Source of the DNA: an uncultured delta proteobacterium
GTDB taxonomy: Bacteria > Myxococcota > Myxococcia > Myxococcales > Myxococcaceae
DNA: 64,000 bases
Assembly (NCBI GenBank): GCA_963713045.1
Contig: CAVQKE010000006.1
Coordinates: forward strand, 160,001-224,000
Direction: 5' to 3'
Below the pieces are notes generated by a model. It was not told where the DNA came from. It did not search any database and saw only the letters and a list, made by a program, of their open reading frames with translations. The position numbers and the translations under genes were made by a program. This document shows positions 1-9,778 of this stretch, in pieces; the stretch's first letter is position 1; each line of letters opens with the position of its first letter.

Positions 1-417
1 CCCATCCTCGCCCGAGTCGACCAGCGGGAGAGCGCCCTGCAGGCGTCCATCGACGCGGCCAAGCACGAGCGAGAGGAGGCCGAGAAGCTTTTGGTCGCGC
101 AAAAGGAAGCCATTGCCCAGGCGCGCCGAGAGGCGGCGGACATGGTGCGCAAGAATGCCGAGGACGTGGAGCGGCTGCGGGCGGAGCTTTTGGCCAAGGC
201 CCGCGCGCAGGCCGAAGAGTTGAAGACCGAGGCCAAGCGCTCCATCGAGGAAGAGAAGGTGAAGGCGGTGGCTGAGGTGAAGGGTGTGGCTGCGGACCTG
301 GCCATTCAGATTGCCGAGAAGCTGCTGGACAAGCAGCTGGACGCCGAGGAGCAGCGGAGGCTGGCCAAGCAATACGTGGACAGCCTCGGGCGAAGCGCCC
401 CGTCGCGCCCCTCCTGA
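1..417 (+). CDS. atpF: ATP synthase F0 subunit b (5'-truncated by window)
   Basis: Frame 1 is open from base 1: PILARVDQRESALQASIDAAK...AKRSIEEEKVKAVAEVK...LAIQIAEKLLDKQLDAEEQRRL, the typical subunit b coiled coil and C-terminus. Confidence 0.85.
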   Translation, partial: PILARVDQRESALQASIDAAKHEREEAEKLLVAQKEAIAQARREAADMVRKNAEDVERLRAELLAKARAQAEELKTEAKRSIEEEKVKAVAEVKGVAADLAIQIAEKLLDKQLDAEEQRRLAKQYVDSLGRSAPSRPS

Positions 418-421
418 CGGC

Positions 422-1531
422 GTGGCACTCAGCATCGGCATTGTCGGGCTGCCCAACGTCGGCAAGTCCACCCTCTTCAACGCGCTGTCCGCGGCCGGGG
501 CCCAGGCGGCCAACTACCCCTTCTGCACCATTGAGCCCAACGTGGGCGTGGTGCCGGTGCCGGATGCTCGGCTGGACCAGCTGTCAGCGCTGGTGAAGCC
601 GAAGCAGACGCTGCACGCCACGCTGGAGTTTCTGGACATCGCCGGCCTGGTCCGCGGCGCCTCCAAGGGGGAGGGCCTGGGGAACCAGTTTCTGGCCAAC
701 ATCCGCCAGGTGGACGCGGTGCTGCACGTGCTGCGGTGCTTCGAGGACCCCAACGTCATCCATGTCGAGGGCAGCATCGACCCGCAGCGTGACCACGACG
801 TGGTGGACACCGAGCTGTGCCTCAAGGACTTGGACACCGTCGACAAGCGCCGCGAGCGCACGCTGAAGGCGGCCAAGGCCGGAGGCAAGGCGGGGGATGA
901 GGCCAAGGCCGAGCTCGCCCTGTTGGACCGAGTGAAGGCCGGCCTCGACGCCGCGCGGCCAGTGCGGGCCCAGGGGCTTTCCGCGCAGGAGAGGGTGCGG
1001 CTGCGAGACTTGTTTCTTTTGACCGACAAGCCCGTCCTCTACGTCGCCAACATCTCCGAGGCGCAGCTCGGCCGCGAGGCGCAGGACCAAAAGGTGCAGG
1101 CGGTGCGCCAAATTGCGGAGGCCGAAGGGGCTGAAGTGGTGGTGCTGGCCGCGGCCATCGAGGCCGAAATCCAGCAGCTTCCCCCGGAGGAGCGGCCGGC
1201 CTTCCTGGCCTCGGTGGGCCTCGGCGAGCCCGGACTGCACAAGGTGGTCCGCGCCGGCTACGCGCTGCTCGGACTGCAAACCTACTTCACCGTCGGCGAA
1301 GAGGAGTGTCGCGCCTGGACGTTTCACCAGGGGGCGAAGGCGCCCGAGGCGGCCGGCGTCATCCACTCCGACTTTGAAAGGGGCTTCATCAAAGCCGAAG
1401 TCTTCGACTGGAAGGACTTACTGAAGTACGGCAGCGAAGCGGCGGTGCGGGAACGGGGCCTGCTGCGCGTCGAAGGCCGCGACTACGTGGTGCAGGACGG
1501 CGACTGCATGCACTTCCGCTTCAACGTTTAG
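422..1531 (+). CDS. ychF: Redox-regulated ATPase YchF (Obg family)
   Basis: GIVGLPNVGKSTLFN, ANYPFCTIEPN, DIAGLV and a C-terminal TGS domain ending DGDCMHFRFNV; GTG start at 422. Confidence 0.97.
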   Translation: MALSIGIVGLPNVGKSTLFNALSAAGAQAANYPFCTIEPNVGVVPVPDARLDQLSALVKPKQTLHATLEFLDIAGLVRGASKGEGLGNQFLANIRQVDAVLHVLRCFEDPNVIHVEGSIDPQRDHDVVDTELCLKDLDTVDKRRERTLKAAKAGGKAGDEAKAELALLDRVKAGLDAARPVRAQGLSAQERVRLRDLFLLTDKPVLYVANISEAQLGREAQDQKVQAVRQIAEAEGAEVVVLAAAIEAEIQQLPPEERPAFLASVGLGEPGLHKVVRAGYALLGLQTYFTVGEEECRAWTFHQGAKAPEAAGVIHSDFERGFIKAEVFDWKDLLKYGSEAAVRERGLLRVEGRDYVVQDGDCMHFRFNV

Positions 1532-1571
1532 TGTCGCCGGCCGCCGGCGCCGGCCTGGTGGGGGGTGGTGT

Positions 1572-1685
1572 CGGCGCTTCAGGCGCCTCGTGACGCGTTA
1601 CGAGATGAAGGCCGAGAATTACCTCGGCCTGCTGCAGCTCGCTTCCCTCGTAATTCTCCTGAGGAAGTTATGAGATGCGTTCTAG
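1572..1685 (+). mobile_element. IS5-family transposase 3'-end remnant with terminal repeat
   Basis: Untracked frame reads RRFRRLVTRYEMKAENYLGLLQLASLVILLRKL* (stop 1671-1673), followed by GATGCGTTCTAG; resembles an IS5 DDE C-terminus and right end. Confidence 0.7.
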
Positions 1686-1714
1686 TCTTCGCCCCGTTCC
1701 TTAGGACGGGGAGG

Positions 1715-2185
1715 ATGATGGCGACGTCCATCGAACGCCTGGTGGAGCTCGGCCTCCTCCGCGCGGGCAAGCGCGCCCCAGAAGGCAGCCCGTCACTGCG
1801 CGCGCTGTGCGCCGCGGGAGTGGTGGAGGGTGGGCTGTCGGTCGCCTCGGACATCCGGCCGACGGACTTGGTGGGCCCCCTGTGCAGCTACCTCGGCGGC
1901 CCAGCGGCCCGCCTTCGCGTGCTGGAAGCGCTCAGCGAGCCGGCGGAAGTCTGGGTGCTGGTGGGGGGGAAAGAGGAGCGCTGGCCAACGCCGGACGTGG
2001 CAGCGCTGGTGACGCACCTCAACCGCTGTTACCGGCGGGAGCCGCAGGTGCCGGCCATTGCCAGGCTCGGCATCTTTGAAGACGCTTGGCAGCTTTGGTG
2101 CATTTCAAAACGCGTGCTGACTGTCGTGCTGCGGGAGAAGTTTTTCGAGGCCGAGAACTCGGCCGAGCTCTCGGCCATCGAATAG
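1715..2185 (+). CDS. Hypothetical protein
   Basis: GGAGG RBS directly before ATG 1715/1718; GC-rich coding bias; no recognisable motif. Confidence 0.7.
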   Translation: MMATSIERLVELGLLRAGKRAPEGSPSLRALCAAGVVEGGLSVASDIRPTDLVGPLCSYLGGPAARLRVLEALSEPAEVWVLVGGKEERWPTPDVAALVTHLNRCYRREPQVPAIARLGIFEDAWQLWCISKRVLTVVLREKFFEAENSAELSAIE

Positions 2186-2197
2186 AAGCGTCGAGGG

Positions 2198-2386
2198 TTA
2201 GGAGAGGTGGGCGGCGGCGACGAAGCCCACCTGGGCATGGCTGGCCGCCGACGCGGCGAGACCGCCAGACTTCACCGCTTCGGCCACCAGGGCCGCTGCG
2301 CCGAGTGCGTAGAAGAGACACAGCGCGATGACCAGCAGGGACAACCCGAAACTCTCGTAGCGCTTCTCGGCAACGATGGAATTCAT
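2198..2386 (-). CDS. Small single-pass membrane protein
   Basis: AGGAG RBS upstream; 62 aa with hydrophobic segment FGLSLLVIALCLFYALGAAALVA. Confidence 0.6.
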   Translation of the reverse strand: MNSIVAEKRYESFGLSLLVIALCLFYALGAAALVAEAVKSGGLAASAASHAQVGFVAAAHLS

Positions 2387-2533
2387 GGCGCAACACTCCT
2401 CATGGGTGGGCCGCCCTCTTCGACCGCCTACCCGTGTGAAGCACGCTCGAGCCGGTGCGCCATTGCGTGACGTCGCGGTGTCGCGCGGGGCTGCGAGCGG
2501 ACAGCAGGGCTGTTACAGCTGCCAACCTCCTGT

Positions 2534-3706
2534 ATGCCCAAGCCCTTTCCGCGCCGACGACGGCTGCTGTCCTTCGTCCTCGTCGTCACTGCCGTCTTCG
2601 CGCTGTTGCACCTTTACCCCGGGCTGCGTCTGTTGTCCGACACGCACCTCACCGCTGCCTGGACTGCTTTCGGCTGGGCGCTTCTCGGCCTGGCGGTGGC
2701 GGCGGTGCCGGCAGGCTTCTTCCTCAGCCGTGCCGTCGAAAACCGTCTCACCCAAGCTCTCTCCGCCTTCTCCACCTTCTGGCTGGGGGCAGCGGGCATG
2801 CTTCTGACTGCAACCTTGGCCACCGACGCGGGCCGGCTGGTGTGGGACGTCGCACGCGGCTTTCCGCAGGGCGCGGCGCGGCTGCACGAAGCGAGGCTGC
2901 AAGCGCTGGTGCTGTTGGGCCTGGCCATTCTTCTGACGGGATGGTCGCTTCTCAGTGCGGCGTGGGTGCTGAAGCTGCGCCGGGTGACGGTGCGCCTGTC
3001 GGGTCTGGGCAGTGGCCTGGAGGGGTTGCGCATCGTCCAAATTTCCGACCTGCACATTCACCGGCCCCTGGACCGGCAATTTCTCCGCCGCGTGGTGGCC
3101 AAGGTGAATGCCCTCGCCCCGGACGTGGTGGCGGTGACGGGCGACTTGGTGGACGGGCTGGTGGCAGAGGTGCGCGACTTCATCGCCCCGCTGGGCGAGC
3201 TACGTGCGCGCTTCGGCGTCTACTACGTGACTGGCAACCACGAATACTACTGGGGTGGTCCGGAATGGGAGGCAGAAGTCGACCGGCTGGGACTGATTGT
3301 GTTGCGCAACACCCACCGCGTCATCGCCAGGGACGGAAGTGAGCTGGCCCTGGGCGGCGTCCCGGACTTGCACGGCGCCCGCTTCCACCCGGACCACGCC
3401 TGCCGTCCGGACTTGGCCTTCGCCGGTGCACCGCCCGGCGTGCCCCGGGTGCTGCTGGCGCACCAGCCGGCCGCCGCCCGCACGGCTTCCCAAGCCGGGG
3501 TCCATCTACAATTGTCGGGACACACCCACGGGGGACAGATTTTTCCCTTTCACCTCATCGTCTGGCTGAGTCAGCCGGTGCTGAGTGGCCTGCGAAAGCT
3601 GTGGGGCATTTGGGTGTACACCCACCGCGGGACGGGCACCTGGGGGCCGCGGATGCGGCTCGGGGCCGCGCCGGAAATCGCAGAAATTACCCTGCGCGCC
3701 GCTTGA
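2534..3706 (+). CDS. Membrane-anchored metallophosphoesterase (YkuE/YaeI-like)
   Basis: N-terminal TM helices; motifs SDLH, TGDLVDG, GNHEYY, LAHQP, SGHTHGGQ. Confidence 0.92.
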   Translation: MPKPFPRRRRLLSFVLVVTAVFALLHLYPGLRLLSDTHLTAAWTAFGWALLGLAVAAVPAGFFLSRAVENRLTQALSAFSTFWLGAAGMLLTATLATDAGRLVWDVARGFPQGAARLHEARLQALVLLGLAILLTGWSLLSAAWVLKLRRVTVRLSGLGSGLEGLRIVQISDLHIHRPLDRQFLRRVVAKVNALAPDVVAVTGDLVDGLVAEVRDFIAPLGELRARFGVYYVTGNHEYYWGGPEWEAEVDRLGLIVLRNTHRVIARDGSELALGGVPDLHGARFHPDHACRPDLAFAGAPPGVPRVLLAHQPAAARTASQAGVHLQLSGHTHGGQIFPFHLIVWLSQPVLSGLRKLWGIWVYTHRGTGTWGPRMRLGAAPEIAEITLRAA

Positions 3707-3774
3707 GGCGGTGCCGGCAAAGGCCCCCAGATGCTTGCGCTTGCCGGCACAGGCGAGCGACAGTGCTTGGCCAG

Positions 3775-4155
3775 GTGCGACTCAGTGCGTGCGGCGGCGT
3801 CCTGCTCCTGACCCTTGGGTGCGCGAGCGGGCTGTATTACCCCACTGCCGAGGGCCGTCCGCCGGCCTTCATCGGCACCCCCGGCGCAGCCAAACCGGAC
3901 GGCTGCCAGGTGGTGCTGCTGCTTTCACGGCGGGACCGGCCGGCGGAGCCCATCGAGGACATTGCCACCGTCTCGGCGGAGGCCACCACCCTCGAGGAGT
4001 GCAAGCAGCAGCTGGTGCAGCGCGAAGCGTGCCGCTATGGCGGCGACGTCCTCTACGTCTTTGAGACGGGGCAGCTTTCGGTGGGCCTGCAGACGCCGGT
4101 GGTGTGGTGCGCGGCAAAGCTGGGGCGGCTGCTGGGCCCAGCGCACCCGCACTAG
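3775..4155 (+). CDS. Hypothetical lipoprotein
   Basis: Lipobox-like LLTLGC after a probable GTG start; its TAG stop is the IS target site. Confidence 0.6.
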   Translation: MRLSACGGVLLLTLGCASGLYYPTAEGRPPAFIGTPGAAKPDGCQVVLLLSRRDRPAEPIEDIATVSAEATTLEECKQQLVQREACRYGGDVLYVFETGQLSVGLQTPVVWCAAKLGRLLGPAHPH

Positions 4156-5038
4156 GGGGTGTCCCTAATTAAGCCACATCCGCATGCAGGCGATGTGGAT
4201 GAGGGCGAGGTAGTTGCGGGCCGTCTTTTCGAATCGACTGGAGAGTCGGCGAAAGCGTTTGAGGCCATGGAAGAAAACCTCCACCAGGTAGCGCAGAGCG
4301 TACAGCTGCCGGTCGGGCCTGTGCAGTTTCGCGCGGGTGGGGTGGGACCGGATGACGGGCTTCATCCCCAGAAATGCGATGGCATCGCGAAGATGCTCGG
4401 CGTCGTAACCACTGTCGGCGATGCATACCTTTCCAACTGCGTGGACGAGCAGGTCACCAGCCTTCGTCATCTCATGGTCCTGCCAAGGGCTCAGCTCGAT
4501 GTGTCTCGGTCGTCCCCGGGTGTCGACGAGGGCATGAATTTTCGTCGTAAAACCTCCTCAAGAGCGGCCCAGAGCATTGGATCGGACCCCCCTTTTCCGC
4601 CCGCGGCGTCTTGGTGCGCCCGGACGATGCTTCCATCGAGAATTGAGCCTTCGACATCGGGCTCAATTTGCAGTTCTTTGAAGAGCCGCTCCCAGATGCC
4701 GCGCTTCGACCAGTTGAACCGGTTGTACACGCTCTTCCATTTGCCGTACCGACGAGGGAGGTCTCGCCAGGGAACGCCGGTGCGAGTCAGCCAGAGTACT
4801 CCGCTGATGAATCTGCGCTCACCCTTGAGAGAGTGCCTTCCCCGTGGCCGGGGAAGCATGGGACGGATGCGCTCCCATTCTTTGTCCGTCAGCTCGTGGC
4901 GATGGTGCATAACAAGCGTTGATCAAATTTCGCGCCGCAGCACAACCCATGATCAGCCTCGCCGTCGATAGACTTCGTACCTCGCAGGCTTGCTCGCAGG
5001 CCCAATCAGACCTTCCCCTCTTTAGGGACACCCCCTAG
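4152..5038 (-). mobile_element. IS5-family (IS427-group-like) insertion sequence
   Basis: Perfect 17-bp inverted ends including the target: CTAGGGGGTGTCCCTAA (4152-4168) and TTAGGGACACCCCCTAG (5022-5038); about 880 bp; two-ORF transposase inside. Confidence 0.93.
4165..4910 (-). pseudogene. IS5-family transposase, orfA/orfB, inactivated by a nonsense codon
   Basis: orfA has ELTDKEWERI...RTGVPWRDLP...DGSIVRAHQDAAG and a GGAAAAGGGGGG slippery tract. orfB reads LGRS*GGFTTKIHA...ADSGYD...LKRFRRLSSRFEKTARNY; the TGA at 4560-4558 replaces the usual Arg. Confidence 0.88.
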
Positions 5039-6036
5039 CCGCGGCTGGCGCGTGCCGCCTTGGGGGGGCGCGGCGCCGCCAATTCGGCGGCCCGCAGCAG
5101 CGCGGTCGCCATCGGCGTGCTGCTGGCCTGTCCGGTGCCAGCCAGCGCATAGGCCACGCCGTGGTCCGGAGAGGTGCGCGGCACGGGCAAGCCCAAGGTG
5201 ACATTCACCGTCTTCTCAAAGTCCAGGGCCTTGGCCACCACCAGGCCCTGGTCGTGGTACATGACGAGGACCGCGTCGTAGGGCATCCGCTCCGGGTGCG
5301 CGAAGAGGCCATCCGCCGGCAGCGGGCCGGTGCAGTCGACGCCGCGCCTTCGGGCGCGGGCCACCGCCGGGGCGATGACGCGGACTTCCTCATCGCCGAG
5401 GAGGCCGCCTTCGCCGGCGTGGGGGTTGAGGCCGCTGACGGCCAAGCGCGGCGGCCGCCGAAACCTTGGACGGAGCGCCGCGGACAACAGCTGCAGCTGC
5501 GCGGTCAACCGCGTCACGCTCAGGGCGCCGGGGACGTCGCGCAAGGGCAGGTGGTTGGTGGCCAGCGCCACCCGGACGCGCGGTCCATCCATCAACATCA
5601 ACACCTCACAGCCGAAGGCTTCGGCCAGAAGTTCGGTGTGGCCATAGAAGCGAACGCCGGTGCGGAGAATCTGCTCCTTACTGACGGGGGCGGTGCACAG
5701 CGCGTCCACGCTGCCCGCCTTGGCGGCCGCCACCAGCGCCTGGACGTAGGCCAGCTGCGCCTTGGCCCCGGCCCGCGAGGGCTTGCCCGGTCGGACGTCC
5801 TTGGCTGGAAGTTGCGTCACCTGCACCAGGGCCGGGCCGCTGGCTGGCGTCAGTTCCCCCGGGGTGAGGCGGGCCAAGGGGCGGAAGGCGGCGAAGCCTT
5901 CCAGCAGCGGGCCGTCGCCGAAGACAATGGGGACCAGCGCCGCCTGGACGTCTGGGCGGGCGAGCGCCGCGGCGAGGACTTCCGGGCCAATCCCCGAGGG
6001 GTCGCCCATCGAGATGCCCACCCGGGGGAGTGTCAC
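5035..6036 (-). CDS. pdxA: 4-hydroxythreonine-4-phosphate dehydrogenase
   Basis: MGDPSGIGPE, GHTE, GLNPHAGE, MYHDQG, RTSPDHG motifs. Confidence 0.96.
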   Translation of the reverse strand: MTLPRVGISMGDPSGIGPEVLAAALARPDVQAALVPIVFGDGPLLEGFAAFRPLARLTPGELTPASGPALVQVTQLPAKDVRPGKPSRAGAKAQLAYVQALVAAAKAGSVDALCTAPVSKEQILRTGVRFYGHTELLAEAFGCEVLMLMDGPRVRVALATNHLPLRDVPGALSVTRLTAQLQLLSAALRPRFRRPPRLAVSGLNPHAGEGGLLGDEEVRVIAPAVARARRRGVDCTGPLPADGLFAHPERMPYDAVLVMYHDQGLVVAKALDFEKTVNVTLGLPVPRTSPDHGVAYALAGTGQASSTPMATALLRAAELAAPRPPKAARASRG

Positions 6037-7040
6037 TGCCCCGTCTTTTTCACAGCCAACGGCGGCGGCCAGAGCTTGACCTCGATGACGGCGGCGGCCC
6101 GCAGCTGCTTCACGTACTGCAGCGAGGCGCGCTCGCTTTGCTCGCGCCGCAGCTTGTCCTCAATCTGCGGCTTGAGGTCGGCCAAGGGCAACAGGCCGAT
6201 GGCGCGCACTTCCTCCAGCTTGAGGACGTGCCAGCCGATGCTGGTGCGCACCGGGTCCGACACTTCGCCCGTCTTCAGGCTGAAGGCCACTTTCTCGAAG
6301 GCGGGCACCATCGCCCCGTGCCGGAAGAAGCCCAAGTCGCCGCCGTCCGAGGCGCTCGAGCCTTGGCTTTCTTGCTTGGCCAGCGTCGCGAAGTCCACGC
6401 CCGGCTGGCGGGCTTCGGCGGCGATGGCCTTGGCGGTGGCGTAGGCCTTGTCCACGTCGGCCTGGGGCGCATTCTGGGCCACCGGCACCACAATGTGGCG
6501 CACGTGCACCTCCACCTCCTTGCCTTCCTCGCGCGCCATTCGGTTGTATTCGCTTTGGATGTCGACGTCGTTCACCTTGACCAACTTGGCCACCTTCTCC
6601 CGAAGGAGCTGGTAGCGGCCCAGCTGCTTGCGCATTTGCTCGCGGTACTCGGTGACCGTCAGGCCCTCATTGGCCACTGCCTGGGCGAATTGGTCGGCGG
6701 TGAAGTTGTAGCGCTTCATCACCTCCTGGACGCTCATGTCCACCTGGTGGTCGTCGATGGTGATTTTGGATTCCTTCAACTCCTGGTCGAGGACCCGCTC
6801 GTCAATCAACTGCTCGAGCACCTTGTGGGTAATCTCGTCGTGCTTCTTGGCGCGTTCCTCGGGCGGCGTCTCCTGGTCCGCGCGCTGGAAGTCAGCGGCG
6901 GCGCGCTTCATCACATCGCCCAGGGTAATAATCTCGTTGTTCACCACCGCCGCCACGCGGTCCACCATCTCGGCCAGGGCGGTGGTGGCCAGCAGTACCG
7001 CGCCCAGGCCCACTGTCCGGTGGAGTGCGGAGCGCGTCAC
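6033..7040 (-). CDS. surA: SurA-like periplasmic chaperone/parvulin PPIase
   Basis: Signal peptide, DRVAAVVNNEIIT SurA N-domain, HIVV...GGDLGFF...GWHVLKL rotamase domain; lies directly upstream of pdxA. Confidence 0.88.
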   Translation of the reverse strand: MTRSALHRTVGLGAVLLATTALAEMVDRVAAVVNNEIITLGDVMKRAAADFQRADQETPPEERAKKHDEITHKVLEQLIDERVLDQELKESKITIDDHQVDMSVQEVMKRYNFTADQFAQAVANEGLTVTEYREQMRKQLGRYQLLREKVAKLVKVNDVDIQSEYNRMAREEGKEVEVHVRHIVVPVAQNAPQADVDKAYATAKAIAAEARQPGVDFATLAKQESQGSSASDGGDLGFFRHGAMVPAFEKVAFSLKTGEVSDPVRTSIGWHVLKLEEVRAIGLLPLADLKPQIEDKLRREQSERASLQYVKQLRAAAVIEVKLWPPPLAVKKTGQ

Positions 7041-8023
7041 GGGTGGACCTGCGCCGGGCGGGCCAGGGTTTGGGCCGGCGGACCGGTCAGCTGGGCCAGC
7101 GCCGCGTCGTTGGTGCGGATGACGGCGTGCTCGCGCAGGCTCTCGACGTAGGCCGCCTGGGCCTTTTCCTTCTTGTCGCGCAGCAGGCGGCGCTCCACCT
7201 CGCGGCGCACCTGCGCCAACTCCTTCCTGTGCGCCGGTTTGCGCTCCAGCACCTTGAAGAGATGGAAGCCGTACTCGCTGGTCACCACGTCGGAGATTTG
7301 CCCGGGTTGGAGAGAAAATGCCACCGCGTCGAATTCCGGCGGCATCACTCCGCGCGGAAACCAGCCCAGGTCGCCTCCTAGCCGAGCATCCGCAGAGAGG
7401 GAGTGGGCCCGGGCCAAGTCGCTGAATTTCGCCCCCCGGTGCAACTCGTCCCGCAGCCGTTGGGCCTCCTCCAACTCCTTCACGACAATTTGCGCGGCGT
7501 GCACCTGTTCCGGTTCCTGGAATTCCTGGGCGTGCGCGTCGAGGTAGCCCTGAAGCTCCTCCTCGGTGACGGCCACCCGCTGGTACACCACTTCATCCAC
7601 CAACTTCTCGACGGTGAGTCGGGCGGCGGTCTCACTCTCAAAAGCGGCCTCACTCAGCCGGCCCTGGCTGAGCGCCTCCTGGAAGCGTCCCTCCTGGTAC
7701 TCGGCCTTCAGCCGGGCCACCGCCGCCTGTACGGCCTCGGGGGAGACGGAAATGTGCTTGGCCCGGGCGTCCTGCAGCAGCAGTTGTCGGTCCACCAGTT
7801 CTTGCAGCACGGTGTGCTTCAGGGCAGCCAGCTGGTCGGGAGCCGGGGCGGTCGCCCCCTCCGGCACTTCATAGGCCAGGGCCAGCTCGCGCGAAAATTC
7901 GGAGACGGCGATGGGCTCGCCATTCACCACTGCCACCACGGCGGGGTCCAGCTGCGGCGCGCCCCGTCGGGCGCACGCCAGAAGGAGACTGGCGGCGGCG
8001 AGCCCGCACGCCCACCGCGTCAT
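7037..8023 (-). CDS. PpiC-type peptidyl-prolyl isomerase lipoprotein
   Basis: Lipobox LLLAC; VAVVNGEPI; GGDLGWF...YGFHLFKV. Confidence 0.9.
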   Translation of the reverse strand: MTRWACGLAAASLLLACARRGAPQLDPAVVAVVNGEPIAVSEFSRELALAYEVPEGATAPAPDQLAALKHTVLQELVDRQLLLQDARAKHISVSPEAVQAAVARLKAEYQEGRFQEALSQGRLSEAAFESETAARLTVEKLVDEVVYQRVAVTEEELQGYLDAHAQEFQEPEQVHAAQIVVKELEEAQRLRDELHRGAKFSDLARAHSLSADARLGGDLGWFPRGVMPPEFDAVAFSLQPGQISDVVTSEYGFHLFKVLERKPAHRKELAQVRREVERRLLRDKKEKAQAAYVESLREHAVIRTNDAALAQLTGPPAQTLARPAQVHP

Positions 8024-9081
8024 GGCTTGGCGGGTGGCGCCTGGGGCATCGCGGGCGGGGTGGTGGGCAGGGACCTGGATGGCATCCCGGGCTGCGAGCC
8101 GACGATGGGGTGGGGGGCCTGCGGTCCGCCTGGCGCCGGGCCGTCCACCAGCACCTTGGCCAGGGCTGCATCGTCGACTTTCAAGCCGGCCTTGGTCTTG
8201 AGGTCCGCCAGGAATTTCTCGTAGGCCTGGTTGCGGCGCTCGTTCTGCAGGCGAAGGCGAATCTGCCCCTTCGCATCGGCCAACGGGGTTTGCGTCTGCA
8301 GGTTGTGGGCCCGCAGTTTGAGAATGTGGACGCCGCTGCGGGTGTGCACCAGGCCCGACAAGTTGCCAGGCTCTTTGAGGGCCTGGGCGGCCTGGGCCAC
8401 TTCCGGCCCGTATCGGGCAGAGAGTTCCGCCGCCGAGAGGGCCCGGAGGTCGCCGTCCATGGCCCGGGAGGGGTCGTCAGAATTGGCTTTGGCCAGTAAG
8501 CCGAAGGCGGCGAAGTCATCCGGCTTCAGCTTCTGGGCTTGCGCCAACAGCTTGGCGGCCTTCGCCTCCTGGGCCTTCTGCTTGGCCGGGTCCGGGGGGG
8601 ACGGAAAGGCCACAAAAATGGTGCTCAGTCGCCAGGTTTCCGGCCGGGTGAAGTCCGCGATGTGGCTGTCGTACCAGGCCTGGACGTCCTCATCGCTCAC
8701 CGCCGGGGGCGGGCGGTCGCGTTCGTCCTTCACCACCCGCTGGGCGAGGACGTTTTTCACGCCCTCCACCACCTCGGGGTCCTTGGCTTTGCCTTCCGAC
8801 ACCGCCTCGCGGGCCAAGAGGTCCAAGGTGGCGAGTCTTTCGATGAATTCCTTCTTGGCCGGGGCGTTCTGGTAGCGCATCCGCACCATCGGCGGCAGCT
8901 GGCCCAGCGCCTTGTTGACGTCCTCGGCGGTGATGACGCCGCCGTTGTAGGTGGCCACTGTGGTGCCTTGCGAGGGGCGGCGCAGGTCAAAGGTGACGGT
9001 GTCGGTCGAGGTCCGGTTGCAGGCGGACGCGGCGAGCGCCGCCGCGAGACAGGCTGTCTGGAAGAAGGGGTTTCTTGTCAT
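8020..9081 (-). CDS. PpiC-type peptidyl-prolyl isomerase lipoprotein
   Basis: Lipobox AASAC; VATYNGGVIT; SDDPS..GDL..SGVHILKL; Pro-rich tail. Confidence 0.85.
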   Translation of the reverse strand: MTRNPFFQTACLAAALAASACNRTSTDTVTFDLRRPSQGTTVATYNGGVITAEDVNKALGQLPPMVRMRYQNAPAKKEFIERLATLDLLAREAVSEGKAKDPEVVEGVKNVLAQRVVKDERDRPPPAVSDEDVQAWYDSHIADFTRPETWRLSTIFVAFPSPPDPAKQKAQEAKAAKLLAQAQKLKPDDFAAFGLLAKANSDDPSRAMDGDLRALSAAELSARYGPEVAQAAQALKEPGNLSGLVHTRSGVHILKLRAHNLQTQTPLADAKGQIRLRLQNERRNQAYEKFLADLKTKAGLKVDDAALAKVLVDGPAPGGPQAPHPIVGSQPGMPSRSLPTTPPAMPQAPPAKP

Positions 9082-9135
9082 GGCGGGGGGCTCGCCTAGC
9101 ACGGCTGGAGGTGGCGGTGCCAGCCTGCTGACGGG

Positions 9136-9465
9136 TTGGTGCTACCCTTCTCCCACAGCGTGCCCCGGGAAGGCTGGAGCGTCTACATGCTGCGCTGCCG
9201 CGACGGCAGCCTCTACACCGGCATCACCAATGACGTGCGGCGCCGCCTGGCCGCCCACTGCGCAGGCAAAGGGGCCGCCTACACCCGCAGTCGCTGTCCA
9301 GTGCGGCTGGTCTATCGCGAAACGGCCCGGGACCGAAGCTCGGCGCTGCGGCGGGAAGCGGCCTTGAAGCGGCTTCCCAGGACCGAGAAGTGGGCCCTGG
9401 TCCATGCCCTCAGGCGGACTTGGCCGAAGCATCCGGCTTCTTCTCGCGCGACATCGCCGCGATGA
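9136..9465 (+). CDS. GIY-YIG nuclease family protein (UPF0213)
   Basis: VYMLRCRDGSLYTGITND..RRLAAH..GKGAAYTR..ALRREAALKRL. Confidence 0.9.
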   Translation: MVLPFSHSVPREGWSVYMLRCRDGSLYTGITNDVRRRLAAHCAGKGAAYTRSRCPVRLVYRETARDRSSALRREAALKRLPRTEKWALVHALRRTWPKHPASSRATSPR

Positions 9466-9694
9466 TGCCCAACAGCAGGCCGACGAAGGCCCCCACCATG
9501 GTCCCGAAGAGGGTCCAGCGAAACATGGAAGCGGCGGTGCCCAGCGTCACCGAGGCGCAATCGCACTGGGCGTAGACGCCGCTGATGGGGGCGTTGAATT
9601 TGGGCACCAGGTATCTGGCAGCCAGCGACGTCACCAGTCCGCCCACCAGGCCACCGGACGTCACCCACAGCAGGACTTTGCGCATGGTATTCAT
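9410..9694 (-). CDS. Hypothetical two-TM membrane protein
   Basis: AGGAGAG RBS before ATG 9694; two hydrophobic helices flanking a CDC loop. Confidence 0.7.
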   Translation of the reverse strand: MNTMRKVLLWVTSGGLVGGLVTSLAARYLVPKFNAPISGVYAQCDCASVTLGTAASMFRWTLFGTMVGAFVGLLLGIIAAMSREKKPDASAKSA

Positions 9695-9778
9695 CGACCG
9701 CTCTCCTCGGGGGTGCGACAAAGGGTGGGAAGCCGCTCCCAGTCCTGCTATTCGGCGGCTGGTGGGGATGCACTCTAC

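Noticed and set aside
4159..4971. 270-aa plus-strand ORF spanning the IS
   Set aside because: Antisense to the IS5 transposase; no independent evidence.
9136..9465. GIY-YIG gene as a homing endonuclease or defence system
   Set aside because: Small stand-alone UPF0213 type with no intron or defence context.
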